A DNA stretch of 64,000 bases, taken from positions 652-64,651 of the forward strand of contig CALVJQ010000002.1 of assembly GCA_944332265.1 (NCBI GenBank), given 5' to 3'. Source of the DNA: an uncultured Bacilli bacterium. GTDB lineage: Bacteria; Bacillota_I; Bacilli_A; RF39; UBA660. Made by a program: the position numbers and the translations under genes. Below the pieces are notes generated by a model that was given only the letters and a program-made list of their open reading frames with translations, had not been told where the DNA came from and searched no databases. Of the stretch, positions 8,968 to 18,087 are shown one piece after another. The stretch's first letter is position 1, and each line of letters opens with the position of its first letter.

Positions 8968-9993
8968 GTGAAATGTGTTTCCTTAAAAGGTAAAAAGAAA
9001 CTAGAAGTTTCGACTATTAATAATGCAAAGTCTAAAGATGGTAGTGTTGTTATTGATATTAAGAAAACAGGAATTTGTGGTTCTGATATTCATTATTGGG
9101 ATATGGGAATGCCTGATGGATTAGTAATGGGACATGAGTTTTGTGGAGTAGTAACTGACCCTGGGTCACGTAAAGATTTAAAAATTGGAGATCGTGTAAC
9201 AGGTTTACCTATTTCGCCTTGTGGAAAGTGTCCTGCTTGCTTAAGTGGAAATCCACAATATTGTCCTGATACTTGGACATATGCTGTTGGGTTGTCTTTA
9301 ACTAACCCTGGTGGTTATGCTGAGGCAACTGCCGTAAGACCCGATTTAGTTATTAAGGTTCCTAGTAATATTACTGATTCTGAAGTTGCGATGGTAGAAC
9401 CAACTGCTGTTGGGTTGCATGCTGTTAATTTAGCTGATATTAAAATAGGTTCTAAAGTTTTAGTTATTGGAGCGGGAATTATAGGCGATATATGTGCTAT
9501 GTTTGCTAAAATGAATGGAGCTTCTTATGTAGCTATATCTGAAACTAATGAAAAACGTGGTAAAAAAGCAGTTACATTAAAGTGTGCTGATGAATACTTT
9601 TATGCTCATGATGAAAAGTTTATGGAAAATGTTAGAAGAGAGTGTCCTTTTGGATATGATGTAGTATTTGATTGTTCAGGGAATAGTGCAGCTGTTTCAA
9701 CTGCCCTTGCTTGTGTTAAACCAAATGGAACTGTAGTTATGGTTGGAGTTTCAATGGAAAGTATTACTATTCCTTCTGTTTTATTAGTTATGCATGAATT
9801 AAAAGTATATGGAGCTATTGGATATACATATGATGAATTTAAAGAATGTATTGATTTAATGTCTACACGTAAAATTGATATGTTGAAATTTGTTGATGAT
9901 ATAGTTGGATTAGATGGCGTACAAAATGCTTTTGAGAGATTGACTTCCGGCGAAGATAATGCTATTAAAATTTTAATTGACCCAAATAAATAA
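8968..9993 (+). CDS. Zn-dependent alcohol/polyol dehydrogenase (MDR family, sorbitol/threonine dehydrogenase-like)
   Basis: 'GICGSDIHYW' and 'GHEFCGVV' catalytic-zinc motifs, a structural-zinc Cys cluster (CGKCPACLSGNPQYC) and a 'GAGIIG' Rossmann motif. GTG 8968 sits 10 nt after AGGAG, which is better than the track's TTG 8959. Confidence 0.8.
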   Translation: MKCVSLKGKKKLEVSTINNAKSKDGSVVIDIKKTGICGSDIHYWDMGMPDGLVMGHEFCGVVTDPGSRKDLKIGDRVTGLPISPCGKCPACLSGNPQYCPDTWTYAVGLSLTNPGGYAEATAVRPDLVIKVPSNITDSEVAMVEPTAVGLHAVNLADIKIGSKVLVIGAGIIGDICAMFAKMNGASYVAISETNEKRGKKAVTLKCADEYFYAHDEKFMENVRRECPFGYDVVFDCSGNSAAVSTALACVKPNGTVVMVGVSMESITIPSVLLVMHELKVYGAIGYTYDEFKECIDLMSTRKIDMLKFVDDIVGLDGVQNAFERLTSGEDNAIKILIDPNK

Positions 9994-9996
9994 AAA

Positions 9997-10053
9997 CCAC
10001 ATAGTGGTTTTTTTATTTTAAAAAAAAGAGATTACCTAGTTAAAAGTAATCTT
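9997..10053. terminator. terminators: ACCAC-ATA-GTGGT hairpin plus T-run (plus strand, for adh) and AGATTAC/GTAATCT hairpin followed by T8 on the minus strand (for tmRNA)
   Basis: Both hairpins read in the sequence. Confidence 0.45.
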
Positions 10054-10095
10054 ATTTTTATATATTAAACTCTAAAGATAAGAGTATGTTACATA

Positions 10096-10461
10096 TGGTG
10101 GAGCAGAGGAGAATCGAACTCCTGTCCAAACTACTCTGTTATATAACGTCTACAAGTTTAGTTAGATTTATAATTTCATTAAGAAGACGGCTATAACGTA
10201 CCTATTTCTTAACTATCCTAAAAAAGATTCATTATTAGATCTTAGGATATCTAATAATATAATCTATATATATTAACCCTTAATTTATCCTATAGATGAA
10301 AATAAATAAGAGTGCTTCTTAACCTTCTATTAGGCAAATGCTAAAGCATTTGAAGCGAAATTATATGACTCTTTGTCATTTTATTTTAATTGTGAATTTT
10401 AGGTAATTCCTACCACTTGCAGTCATACACAGACATAATCTGTCGAAACCTGGTCTGCCCC
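10096..10461 (-). ncRNA. ssrA: tmRNA (ssrA), about 366 nt
   Basis: Minus-strand 5' end GGGGCAGACCAGGTTTCGACAG and 3' tRNA-like end GGACAGGAGTTCGATTCTCCTCTGCTCCACCA. An internal tag frame GAC AAA GAG TCA TAT AAT TTC GCT TCA AAT GCT TTA GCA TTT GCC TAA TAG reads (D)KESYNFASNALAFA**. Confidence 0.85.
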
Positions 10462-10514
10462 GTGTAGTTAATTATATCATATTTTTTTATTTTTAGAAAA
10501 ATTTAGATGCTTTT

Positions 10515-10545
10515 TTGACAATTTTTTGTCATATAGTGTTATAAT
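10515..10545 (+). promoter_or_regulatory. sigma-A-type promoter (TTGACA ... TGtTATAAT) with a perfect palindrome TGACAATTTTTTGTCA overlapping the -35
   Basis: Read in the sequence. The spacer is 19 nt, compensated by an extended -10 (TG). It lies 130 nt upstream of the J-like gene. Confidence 0.4.
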
Positions 10546-10677
10546 TTTCTTAATTAAATATTTTATATTTTGATTGGCATTTATCCTATATATAAAGATA
10601 AGGTTGACTTTTTAAGTGTTATATGGTAGTGTAAGTGACGAAAAGGAGAAAATGTTTTATTAAGGGGGGTAATACTA

Positions 10678-12020
10678 TGAATTATTATGATATTTTAAAC
10701 ATTCAAACAGATGCTACTTCAGATGAGATAAAAGTAGCTTTAGAGAATTACGAAAATCAACTTTATGAAGATCGAATTAATGATAAAATCTCAGCACAAG
10801 AATTCAATGATTTAATTGATGAATTCGAAGAAATAAAAAAGGTTTTACTTAATGATGATCTTCGCCAAGAATATGACAAAAAATTTGCTAAACGTAAAAG
10901 GCAAAATACTGGTAAAGGTAAGAAAAAAACGGGAGCCGTTGTTGCAGGAGCCGTGGCAGCATCACTTATAGTAGCAGCTTTAATTGGAACTAATGCAGAT
11001 AAAATATCTACACTATTTAGAAGTACAGGAGGAGATGTTACAGTTTCTCAAGATGTAAATCAAGAAAATAACGATTACACATCAGGTAATACTAGTACAG
11101 GAGAAACTGCTGAAGCAGAAGATAATATAGAAGTTTTAGAAGAAACTCCTGAACCTATTAATTATGGGGATATTAATGATGATGCTTTAGTAACTGAAAG
11201 AGCTACAACTTTAGTTAATCAATTAAATGATATGGGAATTATTAATCCTTCTACTGGAACAGCTTATACTGTTGAAGAAATAAAGACATTAATTTTATAT
11301 ATTAATGGTGTATATACACCTACTACATTAGAAGAAATCGATGTTTTACATTTAAATCTATTAAATCTTTTGATTTCTCCATTAAATGTTGATCCATATT
11401 TATACCATGTTGTATATGCATCAGGAAATGATGATTTTAAAGATATGGTAAATCCTGAAGCGATTAAACCAATTGATTTTGGTTCAGCATTGGCTGAATA
11501 TGGAACTAATGGGGTTTATCCATTAACTGAGTGGATTCAACAAAAACGTGAAGATATATTTAAAGCTACTGATAGAGAGACTATTAATAGTATATATGTT
11601 GAAGTTGGACAAGTAATGGCAGACATTATGAAAGGTAATGGATGTACAATTAAAGTTGATGATGTTGAATATACTTATACAAGTGAACAAATTCTTGCTA
11701 ATCATGCATCAGCTATGCTTCTTACTACGGAAGCACAATTAATATTTGCTAACCATTATGAGGTAAGAGATATAAATGATAATGTTATTGATTCAGTTCA
11801 AACTACTTGGGAAGTTTATAACAAATTTAATGGTGATGAACCTGATCATGTTACATTAGATGAAATTCAAGCTTGGATTAATAATGGTTGTGATTATGAA
11901 TGGGGTATCGATGATGTTTTAATTAACGGTCAAACATTCGGACAAAGAATTCAAGGGGATTTGGAAGGCATGGCACAAAATAACTATGCAATGTCATCTG
12001 GTAAAACACTTTCTAAGTAA
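10678..12020 (+). CDS. bitopic membrane protein with N-terminal degenerate J-domain (HPD replaced by YED) and large extracytoplasmic domain
   Basis: ATG at 10678 after AAGGGGGG. Residues 1-70 align with the DnaJ J-domain (YYDILNI...DEIK...YD) but have 'LYEDRIN' where 'YHPDRN' is expected. A TM helix GAVVAGAVAASLIVAALIG follows, then about 330 aa of acidic extracellular sequence. Confidence 0.6.
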
Positions 12021-12043
12021 ATATAGGTAGGAGGTTATAAGTT

Positions 12044-14227
12044 ATGTACGATAATGATAATGTTACTTACAAAGTTGGAATTAACTGGAAAGATATTATA
12101 ATTAAAGTAATAATTTTAGCTTTATTTATCTTACTTCTTTTATGGCTATTTCCTAAGGCTAATTTAGATGTTTTCTATGATTCAATTTATTCAGAAAACA
12201 TTAAAACAATGAAAGATGCTGCAAGAAACTATTATACTGTTGATAGACTTCCAGCAAATGTTGGCGATCAAACATCAATGACATTAAAAGAAATGATTGA
12301 TAATAAAATGTTAATCAGATTTACCGATAAAGATGGTCAAACTTGTGATGAGACTACTAGTAAAGTTGAAGTTACAAAGATTGCTGATGATGAATATACT
12401 TTAAAAGTACAATTAAATTGTGGTGAACAACAAGATTATATATTAGAAACTATTGGTTGTACTACTGTATGTTCTAATGGTACTTGTACAACTGTAATCA
12501 ATAATGGTGATAATTCTAGTACTATTGCTAACAACAATAATAATCAATCTAATAATACAACTGGTATATCTAATGATGATTCAGTAACTGAAAGAGTTGA
12601 TTCTGATGGTACTGAAACTGGTAGTGTTAAAGATGATATTTATACAGTAAAAACGATACTATATCAACATAAAAAAGCAATTGTAACTACGAAGACTGTT
12701 TATACTTGCCCTAGTGGTTACACAAAGAATGGTACTAAATGTATTAAGAAAACTACTGGTGCTACAATCGATGCTACTCCTGTATACAATCCTGATCAAG
12801 TTATAACTACGGACGCTAAATATAATTATACTGGCGACTATACTGTTAGTGCTGATCCAATTAAGAAAGAAGTTGGAACCGATTATACTTGTCCTTCTGG
12901 TTATACATTAAATGGAGCATATTGTATAAAATATACTAACGCAACAGAACATAAAGGTGAAACTACTTATACTTGTCCTTCTGGTTATACTAAGAATGGT
13001 ACAAAATGTGTTAAGACTTATGATGCTACAAAGAAAACTGGCAGTGGATCTTATAGTTGTCCTAGTGGTGGAACTTTAAGTGGTTCTAAGTGTACAATAA
13101 CTTCTAATGCTTCTGCTAGTACAAGTTATACTTGTCCTTCTGGTTATACAAAAAATGGAACAAGTTGTTATAAAGTATATACGGCATCTGGAAGTACTAC
13201 TTATAGTTGTCCTTCTGGTTATACAAGAAGTGGTTCTACTTGTTCTAAAACTACTTCAGTAGCAGCTACTGCTCATACTTCATATGGTGGATGGGTAAAT
13301 CAAGGAACTAAGTATTATACTTCATCTTCTAAAGCATATACTGGTACTACTTCTAAATTAGTATTACAAGGTGCTATTTCTGGAGCTACTTGTGGTTCTC
13401 CTTGTGGAAATAAAGGTATATGGTATAAATATATTTACTATACTAGAAGTCAATCTACTTCATATACTTGTCCTTCTGGTTATTCAAGAAGTGGTTCTAC
13501 ATGTTATAAGACAACAACTATTTCTGCAACTGCTAATACTAAATATAGTTGTCCTAGTGGAGGATCTTTAAGTGGAAATAAATGTACAATAACTTCTAGT
13601 GCTACTGCTAATACTACTTATAGTTGTCCTTCTGGATATTCAAAGAATGGTACTAAATGTACTAAAACATATAATGCAACTTATAATTCTGGTTCAACAA
13701 GTTATACTTGTCCTAATGGTGGAACTTTATCTGGTACGAAATGTACAATAACTAAGGATGCTACTGCTTCAACTGGTCAAACAACATATACTTGTCCTTC
13801 TGGATATACATATAATTCAAGTACTAAGAAATGTGAAATGAAAATAAGTGCTACTGCAACTAAGAAATATAGTTATAGTTGCCCTACTGGATATACAGCT
13901 TCTGGTGAAGGAGAAAATATGAAATGTACTAAAACTGTTAAAGGAGAAAACAAATACTATTGTGAAGATAGTGATGCAGTTTTAAATGGTACTAAGTGTA
14001 TTAAAACTGTTAAGGGTGATATTAAGAATTATACTTGTCCTAATGGCTATACATTAAGTGGAGAGAAATGTATAAAACAAACAACTGTTACTATAGATGC
14101 TACTGTAAGTACTAAGAAATCTACATCTTATCAATATAAATGGAGTGAGAAATCTTATTTAGAAGGTTGGACATTTACTGGTAAGACTAAGACTTCAACA
14201 AAAACTTATACAGCTGGTCAAAGATAA
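12044..14227 (+). CDS. signal-anchored surface protein with about 14 tandem Cys-pair repeats ([ST]Y[ST]CP[SN]G[YG][ST]x[NS]G[ST]xC[TIVY]K)
   Basis: Strong SD (GGTAGGAGG) 24 nt after the upstream stop, an N-terminal TM helix, and a repeat unit of 24-30 aa with exactly two Cys; Thr/Ser/Lys-rich. Confidence 0.6.
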   Translation: MYDNDNVTYKVGINWKDIIIKVIILALFILLLLWLFPKANLDVFYDSIYSENIKTMKDAARNYYTVDRLPANVGDQTSMTLKEMIDNKMLIRFTDKDGQTCDETTSKVEVTKIADDEYTLKVQLNCGEQQDYILETIGCTTVCSNGTCTTVINNGDNSSTIANNNNNQSNNTTGISNDDSVTERVDSDGTETGSVKDDIYTVKTILYQHKKAIVTTKTVYTCPSGYTKNGTKCIKKTTGATIDATPVYNPDQVITTDAKYNYTGDYTVSADPIKKEVGTDYTCPSGYTLNGAYCIKYTNATEHKGETTYTCPSGYTKNGTKCVKTYDATKKTGSGSYSCPSGGTLSGSKCTITSNASASTSYTCPSGYTKNGTSCYKVYTASGSTTYSCPSGYTRSGSTCSKTTSVAATAHTSYGGWVNQGTKYYTSSSKAYTGTTSKLVLQGAISGATCGSPCGNKGIWYKYIYYTRSQSTSYTCPSGYSRSGSTCYKTTTISATANTKYSCPSGGSLSGNKCTITSSATANTTYSCPSGYSKNGTKCTKTYNATYNSGSTSYTCPNGGTLSGTKCTITKDATASTGQTTYTCPSGYTYNSSTKKCEMKISATATKKYSYSCPTGYTASGEGENMKCTKTVKGENKYYCEDSDAVLNGTKCIKTVKGDIKNYTCPNGYTLSGEKCIKQTTVTIDATVSTKKSTSYQYKWSEKSYLEGWTFTGKTKTSTKTYTAGQR
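12690..14080 (+). repeat. imperfect tandem coding repeats, about 14 units of 72-90 bp, two alternating subtypes
   Basis: Recurrent 'ACTTGTCCTTCTGGTTATAC' and 'AGTTGTCCTAGTGGTGGAAC' DNA cores, seen directly in the sequence. Confidence 0.6.
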
Positions 14228-14235
14228 GAAAAAAG

Positions 14236-14262
14236 TTATTATGAAATTCATAATAACTTTTT
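14236..14262. terminator. bidirectional terminator hairpin AGTTATTATGA-AAT-TCATAATAACT plus T-run
   Basis: Perfect 11-bp stem between the two convergent genes. Confidence 0.5.
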
Positions 14263-15644
14263 TAATTGAATAAATATAAATTATTATCGATTAAGATTAA
14301 TTTATCTTTTTTATATGTTTCAAGGAATATATATTTTATATTATTTTGATTATCTATAATATAACCTGTTTTTTCGACTGTAGGAGAGTTTTCTATTATA
14401 TTAAAGGATTTTATTGTATTTGATATAAATTCTTCTGTATCAAGCTCTTTTTCGTTAATATTAGTAATATATGTTATAGTATCTGTTTGATATTCGTTAT
14501 AACCAATTAAAAGGATAGTATATATATCATTGTTTTGGATAACAATAAAATTTAAGATTGTTTTATTATAGAACTCTTGTTTTTCATTTGTTTTTAAATT
14601 AGTTATTGAGAAGATATTATCTTCTAGTTTTAATTCATATTGATTATTAGAATTATCTAATTGATATTCAGTATAAACTGGATAAGTTAATTCATTATAA
14701 GATATTTCTTTTAAATCATAATTATAGCATATTTCAGGATTATCATATTCTGGTAAATAACCTATAGAAAAATATAAAACAATAATAATAAAGATTAAAC
14801 GAGATTTATTTTTCTCTGATTTTTCTATTTCTTCAGCTGTATATTTAATAGAAACTAAGTCTTTTATTTTATCTTTTCTGAGAAGATAAAGACCTATTAG
14901 AATATAAATTATAGACATAATTATGGATATTAAAAGACTTGATATTAAATATGTTTTGGTAATATTTCCCTCTGTACAATCTTTAATAGTATCAATAAGG
15001 GATATATAAATAGCAAAATCCCAAAAGCCATGAATGAAAGCATTAGCCCAGATATTTTTAGTACGATAGTAAATACATCCTAAAAGGAAACCGGCACCAA
15101 TAGCTTGAATAATTTGAGCTATTGTTTCAATTATACCTTGGCCACCAATCCAAATATTGGATATATGCATTCCTCCAAAGATTATAGATGAACATAAAAT
15201 AGAGATAATTACTTGTTTTTGAGTATTGCTATATTTTTCAATAAATTCATTTTGAATCCAACCACGACATAGTATTTCTTCCATTACACCAATAGAAAGA
15301 CAATATAGTAATAAAGATAGTACATCGATTATTAAAGGATTAGTTTTAAGACTCAATAAATTAACTAGTAAACTTAGAAAAGATAAACCAATCATAAAAC
15401 CACCAATTAATAATGATTTGCTAAAGTTTTCTTTCTTTTCTTTAAATATATATGTATTTTTAAATATTATAATAACAATTACAGCTAAGAGGATACAACT
15501 CATTTCAACGATAAACTCTCTACCATAACGACCATATAAAATTGATCTTGATATTATTGGGTATAATTGGTTACTAATTATTTCATATATAAAAAAGAAT
15601 AATAATAATTTTAAAAATAGTAAGACTATTTTAAGTTTTTTCAT
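14262..15644 (-). CDS. CPBP-family (CAAX/Abi) intramembrane metalloprotease with extra C-terminal extracytoplasmic domain
   Basis: Motifs 'EEILCRGW' (EExxxR), 'FGGMHISN' (FxxxH) and 'HGFWDF' (HxxxN/D) in successive TM helices; 460 aa; SD GAGGTG. Confidence 0.7.
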   Translation of the reverse strand: MKKLKIVLLFLKLLLFFFIYEIISNQLYPIISRSILYGRYGREFIVEMSCILLAVIVIIIFKNTYIFKEKKENFSKSLLIGGFMIGLSFLSLLVNLLSLKTNPLIIDVLSLLLYCLSIGVMEEILCRGWIQNEFIEKYSNTQKQVIISILCSSIIFGGMHISNIWIGGQGIIETIAQIIQAIGAGFLLGCIYYRTKNIWANAFIHGFWDFAIYISLIDTIKDCTEGNITKTYLISSLLISIIMSIIYILIGLYLLRKDKIKDLVSIKYTAEEIEKSEKNKSRLIFIIIVLYFSIGYLPEYDNPEICYNYDLKEISYNELTYPVYTEYQLDNSNNQYELKLEDNIFSITNLKTNEKQEFYNKTILNFIVIQNNDIYTILLIGYNEYQTDTITYITNINEKELDTEEFISNTIKSFNIIENSPTVEKTGYIIDNQNNIKYIFLETYKKDKLILIDNNLYLFN

Positions 15645-15689
15645 TTTAACACCTCATATAATAAGAATATCATATTATTAATTGTTGTT

Positions 15690-15718
15690 AAATAAGAAAA
15701 AAGTACTATTAAAGTACT
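15690..15718. terminator. hairpin AAAAGTACT-ATTAA-AGTACTTTT, terminator of the pheST operon (bidirectional)
   Basis: Perfect 9-bp stem with flanking A/T runs, immediately after the pheT stop. Confidence 0.5.
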
Positions 15719-15720
15719 TT

Positions 15721-18087
15721 TTAACTTCTTAATTTAGCTGTTGTTTTTTCTTCTACTTCTTTAATTATTTTATTAAAGACAATCATAACTTCTTCATCAG
15801 ATAAAGTTCTACTTGAATCTTTAAATGTAAGTTTGTAAGCAATTGATTTTTTACCTTCTGTAATATTATTATATATATCAAATACTTCTATATTAGTTAA
15901 TAAACGACCACCTGATTTTTTTATTTGATTTTTAATTACTTCGCTTTCAATATCATTATCAACTACAAAAGCTAAATCTTTAACTATTTCTGGATATTTT
16001 GATGCTTCTTTGAATTTTAATGGTTTTATTTGTTTATTATATAATTTAGTCATTGATAATTCAGCTAGATATATTTCTTCTTTCTTATATGAAGGATGAA
16101 TACGACCAATGATACCTATTTCTTCACGATCTATATATATCTTAGCACTAATACCAGGATGAAGATCTTTGATTTCTGATGAGACAAAGGTATATCTATT
16201 TTTAAATCCTAAATAATTTAATAAATTTTCAATTATACCTTTAAGACAATAGAAATCACATTTAGTAGTTGTATGTTGCCAATCATTTATTAGGTAATTT
16301 CCTTTCATTAAGATTGCTACTTTACTATCTTCATTATAATTAATATCATAAGTTTTAGATATTTCATAAATTAATATATCTTTTACATTACGTGCTTTAT
16401 TATATTCGTATACATTTATTAAAGATGGTAGTAAAGATGTTCTTATTATAGATTTATCAGAACTCATAGGATTAGGTAATTTAATTTTTTCTTTATTTTC
16501 ATAATTGAATCTACTTGCCATTTCAGGACTTATTAAAGTATAGTTTTTAGTTTCATTTAAACCTAGAGTTCTTAATCTTTTAGTTATTTGTTTTCTTAAT
16601 AGAACATCTCCTACATATATTCCTCGACGATTTGGAATATTAGGTAAAGTAGAAGTAAGATTTTCATAGCCATATAATCTACCTATTTCTTCAGCTATAT
16701 CATTAACATTTGGATCAACGTCTAAACGACGATGAGGGATAGTAACAGTAAAAATATTTTTATTTAATTTATAAGGAAACATTAAACGATTTAATTCTGT
16801 TTCAACATCTTTATCAGTTAACTCTAAACCTAAAAGAGTACTTATTTCATTTGTTTTAAATTTAACTATCTTATCTTTTTTATCTATATTATCATATTTA
16901 GCAATTCCACTTAGAATTGTGGCATTTGCGTATTTTTCTAGTAAATAGCAAGCTCTTTCTAAGGCAGCATCAGTATATTCATAAGATAAACCTTTACCAT
17001 ATCTTATTGATGCTTCACTTTTTAAATCCAGACGACTTGAAGTATAACGAATACTTACAGAATCAAAGATAGCGCTTTCTATTAAAATATCTTTAGTATT
17101 TTCATCAACTTCTGTATTTTCCCCACCCATAACACCTGCTATACAAACTGGTTTTTGACCATCAGTTATTACGATATCGCTAGTTAGTAATGAACGTTCT
17201 TGACCATCTAAAGTTTTAATCTTTTCATTTTCTTTAGCATTACGAACTAAAATTGTATCTCCTAGTTTGTTTTTATCAAAGAAATGTAGAGGTTGACCAT
17301 ATTCTAGCATTACATAGTTAGAAATATCTACAACGTTATTTATAGGGCGCATTCCAGCACTAATTAGGCGTTTTTGAATAAATGATGGTGATTCTTTTAT
17401 TTCAACGTTTTTTACCATCTTAGCAGTGTAGTATGGGCATTTGTCGGTTTCTACTTTAATTTTTATATAATCATTTATATCTTCAGCAATTTCTTTATAC
17501 TTAGTATCTGGTAGTTTTACTTTTTTATTTAAGATACTAGCTATTTCATAAGCAAAACCAATATGATAGTAACAATCATTGTTACGATGTTTATGAACAT
17601 CTAATTCATATAGAACATCATCTGTACCTAGGTATGTATTAGCATCTGTACCTGGTTCTAAATCTGTATTTAGAATTTCGATTCCTTTAGCATATGTTTC
17701 TTCGGTTTTTTCTTCTACTCCAAGCTCAAATAAAGCACAAATCATACCATTAGATTCTTCTCCACGAATTATACCGGCTTTTATTTCGTTATTTCCTGGT
17801 AGTATACATCCTGGTAATGCAACAATTACTTTTATTCCTTCTTTAACATTTGGAGCACCACATACGATTTGAGTGATTTTATTTCCAATATCTACTTGGC
17901 AGATATGTAGGTGATCACTATCTGGATGATCAGTACATTTAATAACTTTTCCAATTACAAGGTTATCTATGTGACTATCTATTACTTTTTCAACATTTAC
18001 ACCAGCTTTAGTTATCTTAACAGCTAGTTCATGTAAGTCTTCTTCTTCGATATCTATATAGTCTTTTACCCAATTTAAACTTATCAT
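15721..18087 (-). CDS. pheT: phenylalanine--tRNA ligase beta subunit
   Basis: 788 aa; N-terminal tRNA-binding domain, B3/4 and B5 domains, C-terminal FDX-ACB-like region; overlaps the pheS stop (ATGA). Confidence 0.95.
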   Translation of the reverse strand: MISLNWVKDYIDIEEEDLHELAVKITKAGVNVEKVIDSHIDNLVIGKVIKCTDHPDSDHLHICQVDIGNKITQIVCGAPNVKEGIKVIVALPGCILPGNNEIKAGIIRGEESNGMICALFELGVEEKTEETYAKGIEILNTDLEPGTDANTYLGTDDVLYELDVHKHRNNDCYYHIGFAYEIASILNKKVKLPDTKYKEIAEDINDYIKIKVETDKCPYYTAKMVKNVEIKESPSFIQKRLISAGMRPINNVVDISNYVMLEYGQPLHFFDKNKLGDTILVRNAKENEKIKTLDGQERSLLTSDIVITDGQKPVCIAGVMGGENTEVDENTKDILIESAIFDSVSIRYTSSRLDLKSEASIRYGKGLSYEYTDAALERACYLLEKYANATILSGIAKYDNIDKKDKIVKFKTNEISTLLGLELTDKDVETELNRLMFPYKLNKNIFTVTIPHRRLDVDPNVNDIAEEIGRLYGYENLTSTLPNIPNRRGIYVGDVLLRKQITKRLRTLGLNETKNYTLISPEMASRFNYENKEKIKLPNPMSSDKSIIRTSLLPSLINVYEYNKARNVKDILIYEISKTYDINYNEDSKVAILMKGNYLINDWQHTTTKCDFYCLKGIIENLLNYLGFKNRYTFVSSEIKDLHPGISAKIYIDREEIGIIGRIHPSYKKEEIYLAELSMTKLYNKQIKPLKFKEASKYPEIVKDLAFVVDNDIESEVIKNQIKKSGGRLLTNIEVFDIYNNITEGKKSIAYKLTFKDSSRTLSDEEVMIVFNKIIKEVEEKTTAKLRS

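Noticed and set aside
9994-10640. tmRNA 3' end as a genomic-island attachment site.
   Set aside because: There is no integrase, no duplicated ssrA 3' end and no phage or IS genes on either side. Flanking genes are ordinary chromosomal ones (adh, tRNA-Thr).
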